Assembly (NCBI GenBank): GCA_030684355.1
Contig: JAUXTN010000002.1
Span: forward strand, 28,069-92,068
Direction of reading: 5' to 3'
DNA length: 64,000 nucleotides
Source of the DNA: Pseudomonadota bacterium
Lineage (GTDB): Bacteria > Myxococcota_A > UBA796 > SXON01
Shown: positions 34,097 to 43,000 of the stretch, piece after piece
Numbering within the stretch: position 1 is the stretch's first letter
How the letters are laid out: every line of letters begins with the position of its first letter
Position numbers and translations under genes: made by a program
The notes under the pieces: model-generated
The model's input: only the letters and a program-made list of their open reading frames with translations
The model's database searches: none
What the model was told of the DNA's origin: nothing

Positions 34097-35467
34097 ATGC
34101 AGAACGACTGGACGCCCTCCTCCTGGAAGCGCTTCCCCGCGCGGCAGCAGGTCCACTACGACGACCCCGCCGAGCTCGAGAGCACCCTCGCGAAGCTCGC
34201 GCGCCTCCCGCCGATCGTGACGAGCTGGGAGGTCGAGAAGCTCAAGACCCAGCTCGCCGAGGCGGGCCGCGGAGAGCGGTTCCTCCTGCAAGGGGGGGAC
34301 TGCAACGAGCGCTTCGTGGACTGCCAGTCGAACCGCATCGACAAGAAGCTGAAGGTGCTCCTCCAGATGAGCGCCGTGCTCATCTACGGGAGCGGGCGCC
34401 GTGTCGTCCGCGTGGGGCGCATCGCGGGGCAGTACGCGAAGCCGCGCTCGGAGCCGACCGAGACGCGCGACGGCGTGACCCTGCCCGCCTACCGCGGGGA
34501 CCTCGTGAACCGCACCGAGTTCACCGCCGCGGCCCGCCGCCCCGACCCGAGCAACCTGCTCGAGGCCTACGGCCGCTCGGCGATGACGATCAACTTCGTG
34601 CGCAGCCTGCTCTCCGGCGGCTTCGGGGACGTGCATCACCCCGAGGTGTGGGACCTCCAGTGGGTCGAGAAGGCGAGCGAGCCGGACGAGTACCGGGCGC
34701 TGGTCGAGTCCATGCGCGCGTCCGTCCGCTTCCTCGACGCGATGGTCGGCCGTCCGGTCTCCGAGCTCGCCAACGTCGACTTCTACACGAGCCACGAGGG
34801 CCTGCACCTCGACTACGAGCAGGCCGCGACCGAGCATCCGCCGCTGCGCGAAGGCTACTACGACCTCTCCACCCACCTCCCGTGGATCGGCGAGCGCACG
34901 CGCGACATCGGCGGCGCCCACGTCGAGTTCTTCCGTGGCATCCGCAACCCCATCGGCGTCAAGGTCGGCCCCACCATGGAGCCCGAGGAGCTCCTCGCGC
35001 TCCTCCAGGTGCTCAACCCCGACGACGAGCCCGGCCGCATCACGCTCATCGCCCGTATGGGCGCCAAGAAGGTGGCCGAGCGGCTCCCCCCGCTGGTCGA
35101 GGCCGTCCGCCGCGCCGAGCGGGTCGTGACCTGGTGCAGCGACCCCATGCACGGCAACACCTACAAGACCGCGGACGGCACGAAGACCCGCCGGTTCGAC
35201 GACATCCTCGCCGAGGTCGACCAGAGCTTCCTCGTCCACGCGGACGTGGGCTCGGTCCTCGGCGGCGTGCACTTCGAGCTCACCGGCGAGAACGTGACCG
35301 AGATCGTGGGCGGCTCGTGCGGCCTCACCGAGGCCGACCTCGGCTCCGCCTACGAGAGCGACGTGGATCCGCGCCTCAACCACGCCCAGGCGCTGGAGAT
35401 GGCGTTCCTCATCGCGCGGCGCTTGAAGGACCCCCGGTTCCAGCCCCGGTCGGCCGCGGTCGGTTAG
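34097..35467 (+). CDS. 3-deoxy-7-phosphoheptulonate (DAHP) synthase, class II
   Basis: 456 aa. 'WTPSSWKRFPARQQVHY...FLLQGGDCNERF...GRIAGQYAKPRS...LPAYRGDLVN...WIGERTR...NPIGVKVGP...DPMHGNT' is typical of plant-like class II DAHPS. Confidence 0.9.
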   Translation: MQNDWTPSSWKRFPARQQVHYDDPAELESTLAKLARLPPIVTSWEVEKLKTQLAEAGRGERFLLQGGDCNERFVDCQSNRIDKKLKVLLQMSAVLIYGSGRRVVRVGRIAGQYAKPRSEPTETRDGVTLPAYRGDLVNRTEFTAAARRPDPSNLLEAYGRSAMTINFVRSLLSGGFGDVHHPEVWDLQWVEKASEPDEYRALVESMRASVRFLDAMVGRPVSELANVDFYTSHEGLHLDYEQAATEHPPLREGYYDLSTHLPWIGERTRDIGGAHVEFFRGIRNPIGVKVGPTMEPEELLALLQVLNPDDEPGRITLIARMGAKKVAERLPPLVEAVRRAERVVTWCSDPMHGNTYKTADGTKTRRFDDILAEVDQSFLVHADVGSVLGGVHFELTGENVTEIVGGSCGLTEADLGSAYESDVDPRLNHAQALEMAFLIARRLKDPRFQPRSAAVG

Positions 35468-35477
35468 GCGCGCGCCC

Positions 35478-35732
35478 GTGCCCCACCTGCCCCCCGAGCC
35501 GGTCCAGACCGACGAGCGCTCCATGCGCGAGAGCCTGCGCGCCATCGGGCCGAGCGCGCTGGTCGCCGTGGGCGTCGGGCTCTTCATCCTGCTGATGCGG
35601 GACATCTTCGGGTTCCCGACCTGGCTCTCCTACCTCATCTTCGGCTTCGCGGTCTTCGTGCCCCTCTCGGAGGTGTCCACCGCCTTGTACCTGCGCTGGG
35701 CGATGCGGAAGAAGCGGACCCCGCCCGAGTAG
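35478..35732 (+). CDS. small two-TM membrane protein (GTG 35478 or ATG 35523)
   Basis: Two hydrophobic helices ('ALVAVGVGLFILLM', 'WLSYLIFGFAVFVPL') and a basic tail. Starts 10 nt after the DAHPS stop. Confidence 0.5.
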   Translation: MPHLPPEPVQTDERSMRESLRAIGPSALVAVGVGLFILLMRDIFGFPTWLSYLIFGFAVFVPLSEVSTALYLRWAMRKKRTPPE

Positions 35733-35743
35733 CCGACGAGCAA

Positions 35744-36100
35744 TTACGGCGCGGTCCCGCAGGCGAGGTAGACCTCGAGCAGCACGAGGTCGTCGCGGTA
35801 CACGCCGCCGCCCACCGGCATCGTGCCGGCTTCCAACACGACCCGGCGCACGTCCGCGGCGTGCGCGTGCACGGCGGCCTCGGTGTCGAAGTCGATGCCG
35901 ACCGGGGCCCCGCTGCGTTGGGTGGTGTTTGCGCTGGAGTGGCACGCGGTGCAGTAGGTGCGGAAGAACCCGGCGCCCCAGGCGTCCCAACTGACGGTCG
36001 GGAGCTCGGCGCAGCGCTTCGCGGTGGCGGCCTGGGCGGCGGGCGTCGCCTCCGCGGGGGGCTCGATCGGGGTGACGCATGCCACCAGGAGCAGGATCAT
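35744..36100 (-). CDS. small lipoprotein with c-type heme-binding motif (cytochrome c-like), 118 aa
   Basis: ATG 36100 overlaps the DUF1501 stop (ATGA). 'MILLLVAC' is a lipobox. 'FFRTYCTACHSS' is CxxCH. The downstream 'GTMPVGG' is a possible Met ligand. Confidence 0.7.
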   Translation of the reverse strand: MILLLVACVTPIEPPAEATPAAQAATAKRCAELPTVSWDAWGAGFFRTYCTACHSSANTTQRSGAPVGIDFDTEAAVHAHAADVRRVVLEAGTMPVGGGVYRDDLVLLEVYLACGTAP

Positions 36101-37353
36101 GCGATCGCCGCGGTGAGCGGCGCGTTCTCGCCGGGGTCCACGTCGCCGAGGGCGAGCAGGGTGGCGCCGAAGTTGGCCGCCTGGATCACCGCGCCGTCCT
36201 CCGTGGCGTCGCCGGTGGCGAAGTCCGCGCCGAGGCCGTACCCGCCGTCGTCGAAGCCCCCGATCACCTGCCCGCCGCGCACGCCCGCGCCGAACAGCAT
36301 CGCGGAGGTGAACGTCCAATGGTCGCGCCCGTCGCCGCCGTGGAGGAGCGGCGAGCGGCCCATCTCGGAGAGGACCACGATGGTGACCTCGTCGGCGAGC
36401 GATCCGCCGGTGATGGACGGGCGCGACTCGAGGTCCGCGACGATGCGCGCGAGGAAGTCGAACAGCTCGTCGTAGTTCTGGCCCTGGCGGGCGTTGCTGC
36501 TGTGGGTGTCCCAACCCTCGCTGCACCAGCCGAGGTACTCCACGAGCGCGGTGCGCGCGAGGCCGGCCTCGAAGGCGTCGAGGACCGTCGTGGCATCCCC
36601 GATGAGCGTCGTGCAGCCGGCGGGCGCGCCGCCGAGCGCGAGGGTGTCACCCCACGCCTGGAAGTCGACGTGGTCGGCGTGGGTCCGCGCGAACTTCGCG
36701 GCCATGGGGGAGGTCCCCGAGAGGATCCCGGCGCGGTCGGCAAGCCAGGCGTCCACCCGGGAGGCGGTCGCGGCCGACGGCATCTGGACGGGGCGGTCCT
36801 GGCGCAGGAGCGCGTTGCCGTCGAGCAGATCGCCGAGCTGCCCGTGGCTCCCGACGCGCACGACGCGGTCGGTGTAGGCGTCCGTGAACGCGGTCCCGCT
36901 CGTCACGAGGTAAGGGAGCAGGAGCGGCGAGGTGCTCCGCCCCGCGAGCGTGGCCCCCCAATCGTCCCCGGCGCCGTCGGTGGTGCCCGTCAACATGATG
37001 CGGCTGCACCGCTCGTGGGTGACGGACGGCACCTCGATGCCGTTGATGACACACGTCCGGTCGCCGTATGTCTCGAAGAAGGCACGTACGAAGGGCCGGT
37101 TCGGCGAGTCAACGAACCGGATGCCGCTCGCCTCCGCCTCCACGGCGTCGGCCTCCATGTCCACGCCGGACGCCCCGAAGTTGGGTTGGAACACGTAGGT
37201 CGTGTCCCACCCGCCAAAACAATGGATGAACAAGAACCGACGCCGCGCCGCGTCGGTGCCCCCCGCGCGGACCAAGCGGGGCAGGCACACACCCGCGCCG
37301 AGGCCCGCGGCCGCGAGCGTGAGGAAGGAGCGGCGGGGGAGGAGGGTGCGCAT
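36097..37353 (-). CDS. DUF1501-family (sulfatase/alkaline-phosphatase-fold) protein with TAT signal
   Basis: 'RRSFLTLAAAGLGAG' is a twin-arginine signal. 'FLFIHCFGGWD', 'GWDTHSSN', 'VTIVVLSEMGRSP...DGRDHW' are characteristic DUF1501 blocks. Confidence 0.8.
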   Translation of the reverse strand: MRTLLPRRSFLTLAAAGLGAGVCLPRLVRAGGTDAARRRFLFIHCFGGWDTTYVFQPNFGASGVDMEADAVEAEASGIRFVDSPNRPFVRAFFETYGDRTCVINGIEVPSVTHERCSRIMLTGTTDGAGDDWGATLAGRSTSPLLLPYLVTSGTAFTDAYTDRVVRVGSHGQLGDLLDGNALLRQDRPVQMPSAATASRVDAWLADRAGILSGTSPMAAKFARTHADHVDFQAWGDTLALGGAPAGCTTLIGDATTVLDAFEAGLARTALVEYLGWCSEGWDTHSSNARQGQNYDELFDFLARIVADLESRPSITGGSLADEVTIVVLSEMGRSPLLHGGDGRDHWTFTSAMLFGAGVRGGQVIGGFDDGGYGLGADFATGDATEDGAVIQAANFGATLLALGDVDPGENAPLTAAIA

Positions 37354-37356
37354 CGT

Positions 37357-39021
37357 TCAGTAGGCCTGGAACCGGGGGTCGCGGATCATGGCGTCGATGA
37401 CCGCGGACCACGCGGCGTGCGCGCCCTCTTCGGCCTCCACGGACGCCCAGAGCGCCGTGATGGAGCTCGTCCACGTGTCGTCCGGCCGCTCGGCGTACCA
37501 GCGCCAATACAAGGAGCGGAGCTCGGCTTCGAACGCGGGGTCCGTGCTGGGCGTGTCGAGCGCGACGCCCTGCAAGGTGGTGTGGGCGCCCTCGGCGAGG
37601 TCCCGCTCCACGAGCGTGAAGCCGGCGGCCTCCGCGAGCCGCGCGTTGACCATCGCCCAGGTGAGGCCGGGGTCCTGCTGGGTCTCGGTCGCCGAGTAGC
37701 CGTTCACGCCGCCGCGCAGCACGCGGTAGCCCACGACGTCGTTCTCGAGCTGGGCGAAGCCCGCGGCGGTCCAACCGAAGCCGGTCTCCGCCTCGACCAC
37801 GGTGGCGAGCTGGTTGGGGGTCAGGAGCCGCTCGACGCGCTCCCGCCCGCGCACCTCGTCGGGCGCGTCGTCGGTGAAGCCGCCGGCGCGGTACTCGGCG
37901 GTGTCCGTCACGGCGCGGAGCAGGGTCAGCGGCGAGAGGTCGGCGTCCACGAACGTCTGCCGGAGCGCCTCGATCGAGGCGTAGTCGCGCAGCCCGATGT
38001 CCCGGTGCCAGAGCTGCTCCGCGAACGACTGGGCGCCGCACCGGATGAACCGCGGATCGTGGGAGACGTGCCACCCGAGGTCGACCAGGCCCGTGATCGG
38101 CGTTCCGTACCACGCGGGCTCGACACCCAGGAGCGTCGGGCCGAGCGGCTCGCGCTCCCGATGGTAGTTCTGCATCTCGTACGGGTTGTATTGGATGACC
38201 CACCAGTAGCCGAACAGGGTCGCGGCGGCGGGATCGATGGAGGAGTGGCAGCTCTGGCACGCCGGATCCGTGCGGATCGCCGCCTCCGGATCGGTGTTGG
38301 TCGAGCGTTGGAACACCACCGGCCGGGACAAGATGTCGGTGCACAGCAGGAGCTTGGAGACCGCCGCGATGCGCCCGCGGCTCTTGTTGGACTCGTTGGT
38401 GACATAGCGCCACCAGAGGCCGTTGGTCGAGAGGATCCCGGCGGCCGGGCGCCCGTCCTTGTAGTGGGAGACCTGCCAGCCCTCGACCCCCTCCGGGTAT
38501 TCGATCGGCCAGATGGCGCCGAGCAGCTCGTTCGCCATCGTGTAGTCGGCGGTCACGATGTCGGTCCACGGCAGGTCGTTCGCCGTGACGTGCGCGAGCA
38601 GCCGCAGGGGCTCCTCTCCCACGGCGTGCGAGTAGGTGTCCGCCATCTGGTCGGGCAGCGCGTAGTCGTTGTAGCCGACCTCGTACTCGTCCATGACCGT
38701 GTGCCAGCGCTCGGCGAACAGGGAGACGAGGCGGTCCTCCAGGCGCGGGTCCGCGAGGTAGGTGTCGCGGTAGCCGTCGAGCAAGGTGGGATCGGCCTCC
38801 ACGGCGTCGAGCTCCGCCTCGGTGGGGAGGACGCCGCGCAGGTCGAGGCTCATCCGGCGCAGCAGGCGCGGGGCCGCCAACGAGGTCAGGTAGGGGGCGT
38901 CTCCCTCCCACCCGACGCCCGCCACGGTCGGCGAGAGCGGGGCGAGGGCGCGCGGGCCGTCGACCTCCGCGCCGGCGGACGTGATCGGTGTGTCGCACGC
39001 GGCGAGCAGGAGCAGGATCAC
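37357..39021 (-). CDS. DUF1549/DUF1553-like protein with CxxCH motif (lipoprotein; GTG start 39021)
   Basis: GTG 39021 gives VILLLLAAC (lipobox) and overlaps the upstream stop (GTGA). 'LLRRMSLDLRGVLPTEAELDAV' resembles the DUF1549 signature, and 'CQSCHSSIDP' resembles its CxxCH-x-DP block. Located directly upstream of DUF1501, the usual partner. Confidence 0.7.
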   Translation of the reverse strand: MILLLLAACDTPITSAGAEVDGPRALAPLSPTVAGVGWEGDAPYLTSLAAPRLLRRMSLDLRGVLPTEAELDAVEADPTLLDGYRDTYLADPRLEDRLVSLFAERWHTVMDEYEVGYNDYALPDQMADTYSHAVGEEPLRLLAHVTANDLPWTDIVTADYTMANELLGAIWPIEYPEGVEGWQVSHYKDGRPAAGILSTNGLWWRYVTNESNKSRGRIAAVSKLLLCTDILSRPVVFQRSTNTDPEAAIRTDPACQSCHSSIDPAAATLFGYWWVIQYNPYEMQNYHREREPLGPTLLGVEPAWYGTPITGLVDLGWHVSHDPRFIRCGAQSFAEQLWHRDIGLRDYASIEALRQTFVDADLSPLTLLRAVTDTAEYRAGGFTDDAPDEVRGRERVERLLTPNQLATVVEAETGFGWTAAGFAQLENDVVGYRVLRGGVNGYSATETQQDPGLTWAMVNARLAEAAGFTLVERDLAEGAHTTLQGVALDTPSTDPAFEAELRSLYWRWYAERPDDTWTSSITALWASVEAEEGAHAAWSAVIDAMIRDPRFQAY

Positions 39022-39899
39022 TCGGTCACCGGCGGGTGCTCGTGCATGTACGCCGCGAGATCCGCCGCCATGGCCGCCATGGCCACCGTCGGGTCGACAC
39101 ACGCCTCGCCGAGGGACACCTCGTCGGCGTAGACGACCTCGCCGCAGGTGTCACACGCCGACGAGAAGGTGAGCACGTACCAATACCCGGCGTCGTCGCG
39201 CAGCCGGATCGCGCCGGTGGGAGAATCGCCGCAGGTGCCGCCCACGGCGAGGTCGTCGAAGTAGACCGCGGCGCCGCCGAGATCGTAGCCCCCGTCGAGC
39301 TCGGCCAGGATCGTGCCGTCGTCGCCGAAGGTGGCCTCGATCCACGCGGAGCCGCTCGTGCCCTCGCCCAACCAGAGCCCGGCGGGCAGGTAGTGGAAGC
39401 TCCCGAGCAGCTCCTGGGAGAAGGTGACACCGCCGTCCACGACCGTGACCGTCGCTTGGGTGTCCCCACCCACCTCGAACGGGTTGCCACCCGTGTCGAT
39501 GATCACGAGGTCCGCGCGGATCTGGTAGCTGTAGACGGCCTCCTCCCACCGGCCGACCCCGCCGCCCGCGCCCGAGTACACGACGCCCGACTCGGCCCGG
39601 CACCCGCCCGGGGTCAGGATCTCGAAGGCCTCGGCGTCGGGGGTGCACCGGCTGTCCCCCTGGGCCATCAGCGCCGCGAAGCTGCGGGCGAGGGGAGGGA
39701 AGGTGGGGATCTGCCACGCGAGCGCCTCGGCGAGGGCGTCTCCCACCCCCGCGGCCGTGAGCGACGGCGCCGGGATCGTGGGGCCGGTGGGGGCGGTGTC
39801 GTCGGTGGCCTCGACGCCGGTCTCGGAGACGGCGGTGTCCTCGTCGCGCGGCGGTTCCGGCGTCGGGGCGGAGCAGGCGAGGAGGAGGAGGGACCACAT
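39018..39899 (-). CDS. lipoprotein of unknown function, first gene of the DUF1549/DUF1501 operon (293 aa)
   Basis: ATG 39899 gives MWSLLLLAC (lipobox). Only this 3' part of the 1525-codon minus-strand ORF has normal composition; the remainder is antisense to the repeat protein. Confidence 0.65.
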   Translation of the reverse strand: MWSLLLLACSAPTPEPPRDEDTAVSETGVEATDDTAPTGPTIPAPSLTAAGVGDALAEALAWQIPTFPPLARSFAALMAQGDSRCTPDAEAFEILTPGGCRAESGVVYSGAGGGVGRWEEAVYSYQIRADLVIIDTGGNPFEVGGDTQATVTVVDGGVTFSQELLGSFHYLPAGLWLGEGTSGSAWIEATFGDDGTILAELDGGYDLGGAAVYFDDLAVGGTCGDSPTGAIRLRDDAGYWYVLTFSSACDTCGEVVYADEVSLGEACVDPTVAMAAMAADLAAYMHEHPPVTE

Positions 39900-40064
39900 G
39901 GCTGGCTGGAGGGTAGCTCGGGGTCCCGGCGAGCGGCGCGCGTCGTGCGCGCCTCGACCGCATTTCGACACGCGCCAAGGGCCCGCTTCCGCGCGGCCTC
40001 CGTCGGATTGGCTGCCGGCTCGCGTAAGCATGATGTAAGGTTCTGTCTCCTCCGGTGCTCCCGC

Positions 40065-43000
40065 ATGCGTCTGCTCCTGCTCCTCGCCGCCTTCTCCCCG
40101 TCCATCGCGGCCGCCGCCCCCTGGTACGCCGACAGCGACGCCGACGGCTACGGCGACCCCGACGACGTCGTGAACGCGAACAGCGCCCCCGCCGGGTACA
40201 TCGCGGACGACAGCGACTGCGACGACGGGGACGCCGCGGTCAACCCCGCGGGCACCGAGACCTGCAACGGCTACGACGACGACTGCGACGGCAACCTCGA
40301 CGACGCCGGGGACTGCGCGTGCGACGTCGAGACCTTCGACGGCAAGGCCTACCAGTTCTGCTCCACCGCCCGAAGCTGGACCAGCGCGCTCGCGTACTGC
40401 GAGGCCGACGGCTACTCGCTCGCGACGATCAGCTCCGCCGCCGAGGACGCGTGGATGAACACGGAGGCGGACAGCCGCTCCACGGCCAAGTGGTGGATGG
40501 GCATCAACGACCGCACCACCGAGGGGACGTTCCGCTGGGCGGACGGCAGCACGACCGCGCTGTACACCAACTGGCACTCCGGGGAGCCCAACGACTCGGG
40601 GAGCAACGAGGACTGCGGCCAGCACAACCGCTACACGGACGGCACCTGGAACGACGAGCCGTGCACGTCGTCGTTCTACTACATCTGCGAGTACGGCGAG
40701 CTCCTCTCGATCTACACGGACGCCGATGGCGACGGCTACGGCGACGACGGCGCCGCCGCGGTGACCTCGAGCGACGTGCCGAGCGGCTACGCCGACAACA
40801 ACGACGACTGCGACGACAGCACCACGAGCGTGAGCCCCGCCGCGACGGAGATCTGGTACGACGGGATCGACCAGGACTGCGACGGCAACGACGCCGACCA
40901 GGATCTCGACGGGTACGACGCCACCTCCGAGGGCGGCACCGACTGCGACGACACGGACGCGTCGGCCTACCCGGGCGCCCCGGAGACCGCGTACGACGGC
41001 ATCGACCAGGACTGCTCGGGCGCCGACCTCACCGATGTCGACGGCGACGGCTGGGACGCCGGGGACGACTGCGACGACACCGACGCCGCCATCAACCCGG
41101 ACGCCGCGGAGTCGTACTACGACGGGGTCGACCAGGACTGCGACGGCGGCTCCGACTACGACGCCGACGGGGACGGCTACGACTCCGACGCCTACGGCGG
41201 CGACGACTGTGACGACGCCGACGCCTCGATCAACCCGGGCGCGCTCGACATCCCGTACGACGGCATCGATCAGAACTGCAACGGGTCGGACGGCATCGTC
41301 GACGCCGACGGCGACGGCTACAACAGCACGGTCGACTGCGACGACAGCGACGCCGGCGTGAACCCCGGCGAGGCCGAGGTCTGGTACGACGGCACCGACC
41401 AGGATTGCGACGGCAACGACGGCGACCAGGACGGCGACGGCGACGACGCCACGAGCGTCGGCGGCACCGATTGCGACGACACGGATGCCACGATCAACGA
41501 CGGCGCCGTCGACATCCCGTACGACGGCATCGACCAGGACTGCGACGGCAGCGATGCCACGATCGACGCCGACGGCGACGGCTACGTGTCCACCGTGGAT
41601 TGCGACGACTCCAACGCGCTGGCGAACCCGGGCGCGACCGACACCCCCTACGACGGCATCGACCAGGATTGCGACGGGAGCGACGCCGAGGTCGACGCGG
41701 ACGGCGACGGCTACAACTCGCTCGACGACTGCGACGACGCGGACGCCTCGGTCCACCCTGGCGCCACCGACATCGCGTACGACGGCATCGACCAGGATTG
41801 CGACGGCGCCGATGCCACGGTCGACACCGACGGCGACGGCTACGACTCCTCCGTCGACTGCGACGACACCGACGCCGGCATCAACCCCGGCGAGGCCGAG
41901 ATCCCCTACGACGGCATCGACCAGGACTGTGACGGCGCGGACGGCGTCGTGGACGCCGACGGGGACGGCTTCGACTCGCTCTCCGACTGCGACGACACCG
42001 ACGCCACGGTGAACCCCGACGCGGCCGAAGCCTGGTACGACGGGGTCGACCAGGACTGCTCCGGCGGCTCCGATTACGACCAGGATGGCGACGGCCAGGA
42101 CGCCCCCGGCGGCGGTGGCCTCGACTGCGACGACACGGACGCCACGGCCTACGACGGCGCGGTGGAGAACTGGTACGACGGCGTCGACCAGGACTGTGAC
42201 GGCGGCTCCGACTACGACGCCGACGGCGACGGGTTCGACTCCGCCAGCTACGGCGGCGACGATTGCAACGACGGGGACGCCTCGATCAACCCCGACGCCT
42301 TCGACGACTCCTCCGACACCATCGACCAGGACTGCTCGGGCGACGCCAGCCACGACGCCGACGCCGACGGCTACACCGACGCCGCGTGGGGGGGCGACGA
42401 CTGCGATGACGCCAATTCGAGCGTGAACCCCGGGCAGGTCGAGGCCTGGTACGACGGGCTCGACGCCGACTGTGACGGCGGCTCCGACTTCGACCAGGAC
42501 GGCGACGGTTTCGACAGCGCCGACTACGGCGGCACCGACTGCGACGATCTCGACGCGGCGACCAATCCGGGCGCCACCGAGGTCTGGTACGACGGGGCGG
42601 ACGCCGACTGTGACGGCGCCTCGGACTACGACGCCGACGCCGACGGCGAGGACAGCAGCGACTACGGCGGCACCGACTGCGACGACACCGACGAATTCGT
42701 CAACGCAGCCTCCCCCGAGGCCTGGTACGACGGCGTCGACGGCAACTGCGACGGCCTGTCCGACTACGACGCCGACGGCGACGGCTACGACTCGATCACC
42801 TACGGCGGCACCGACTGCAACGACGGGAGCGCCACGACCTGGCCGGGAGCCCCCGACGACGCGGCCGACGGCATCGACCAGGACTGCTCCGGCGACGACA
42901 ACCACGACGCCGACGGCGACGGCTACGAGGACGTCGCGGAGGGCGGCGACGACTGCGACGACGCCAACTCCGACGTGCGGCCCGGCGCGGTCGAGGTCTG

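Noticed and set aside
36079-39132. 1017-codon plus-strand ORF
   Set aside because: It is antisense shadow of the DUF1501 and DUF1549-like genes, which have diagnostic motifs, signal peptides and coupled starts.
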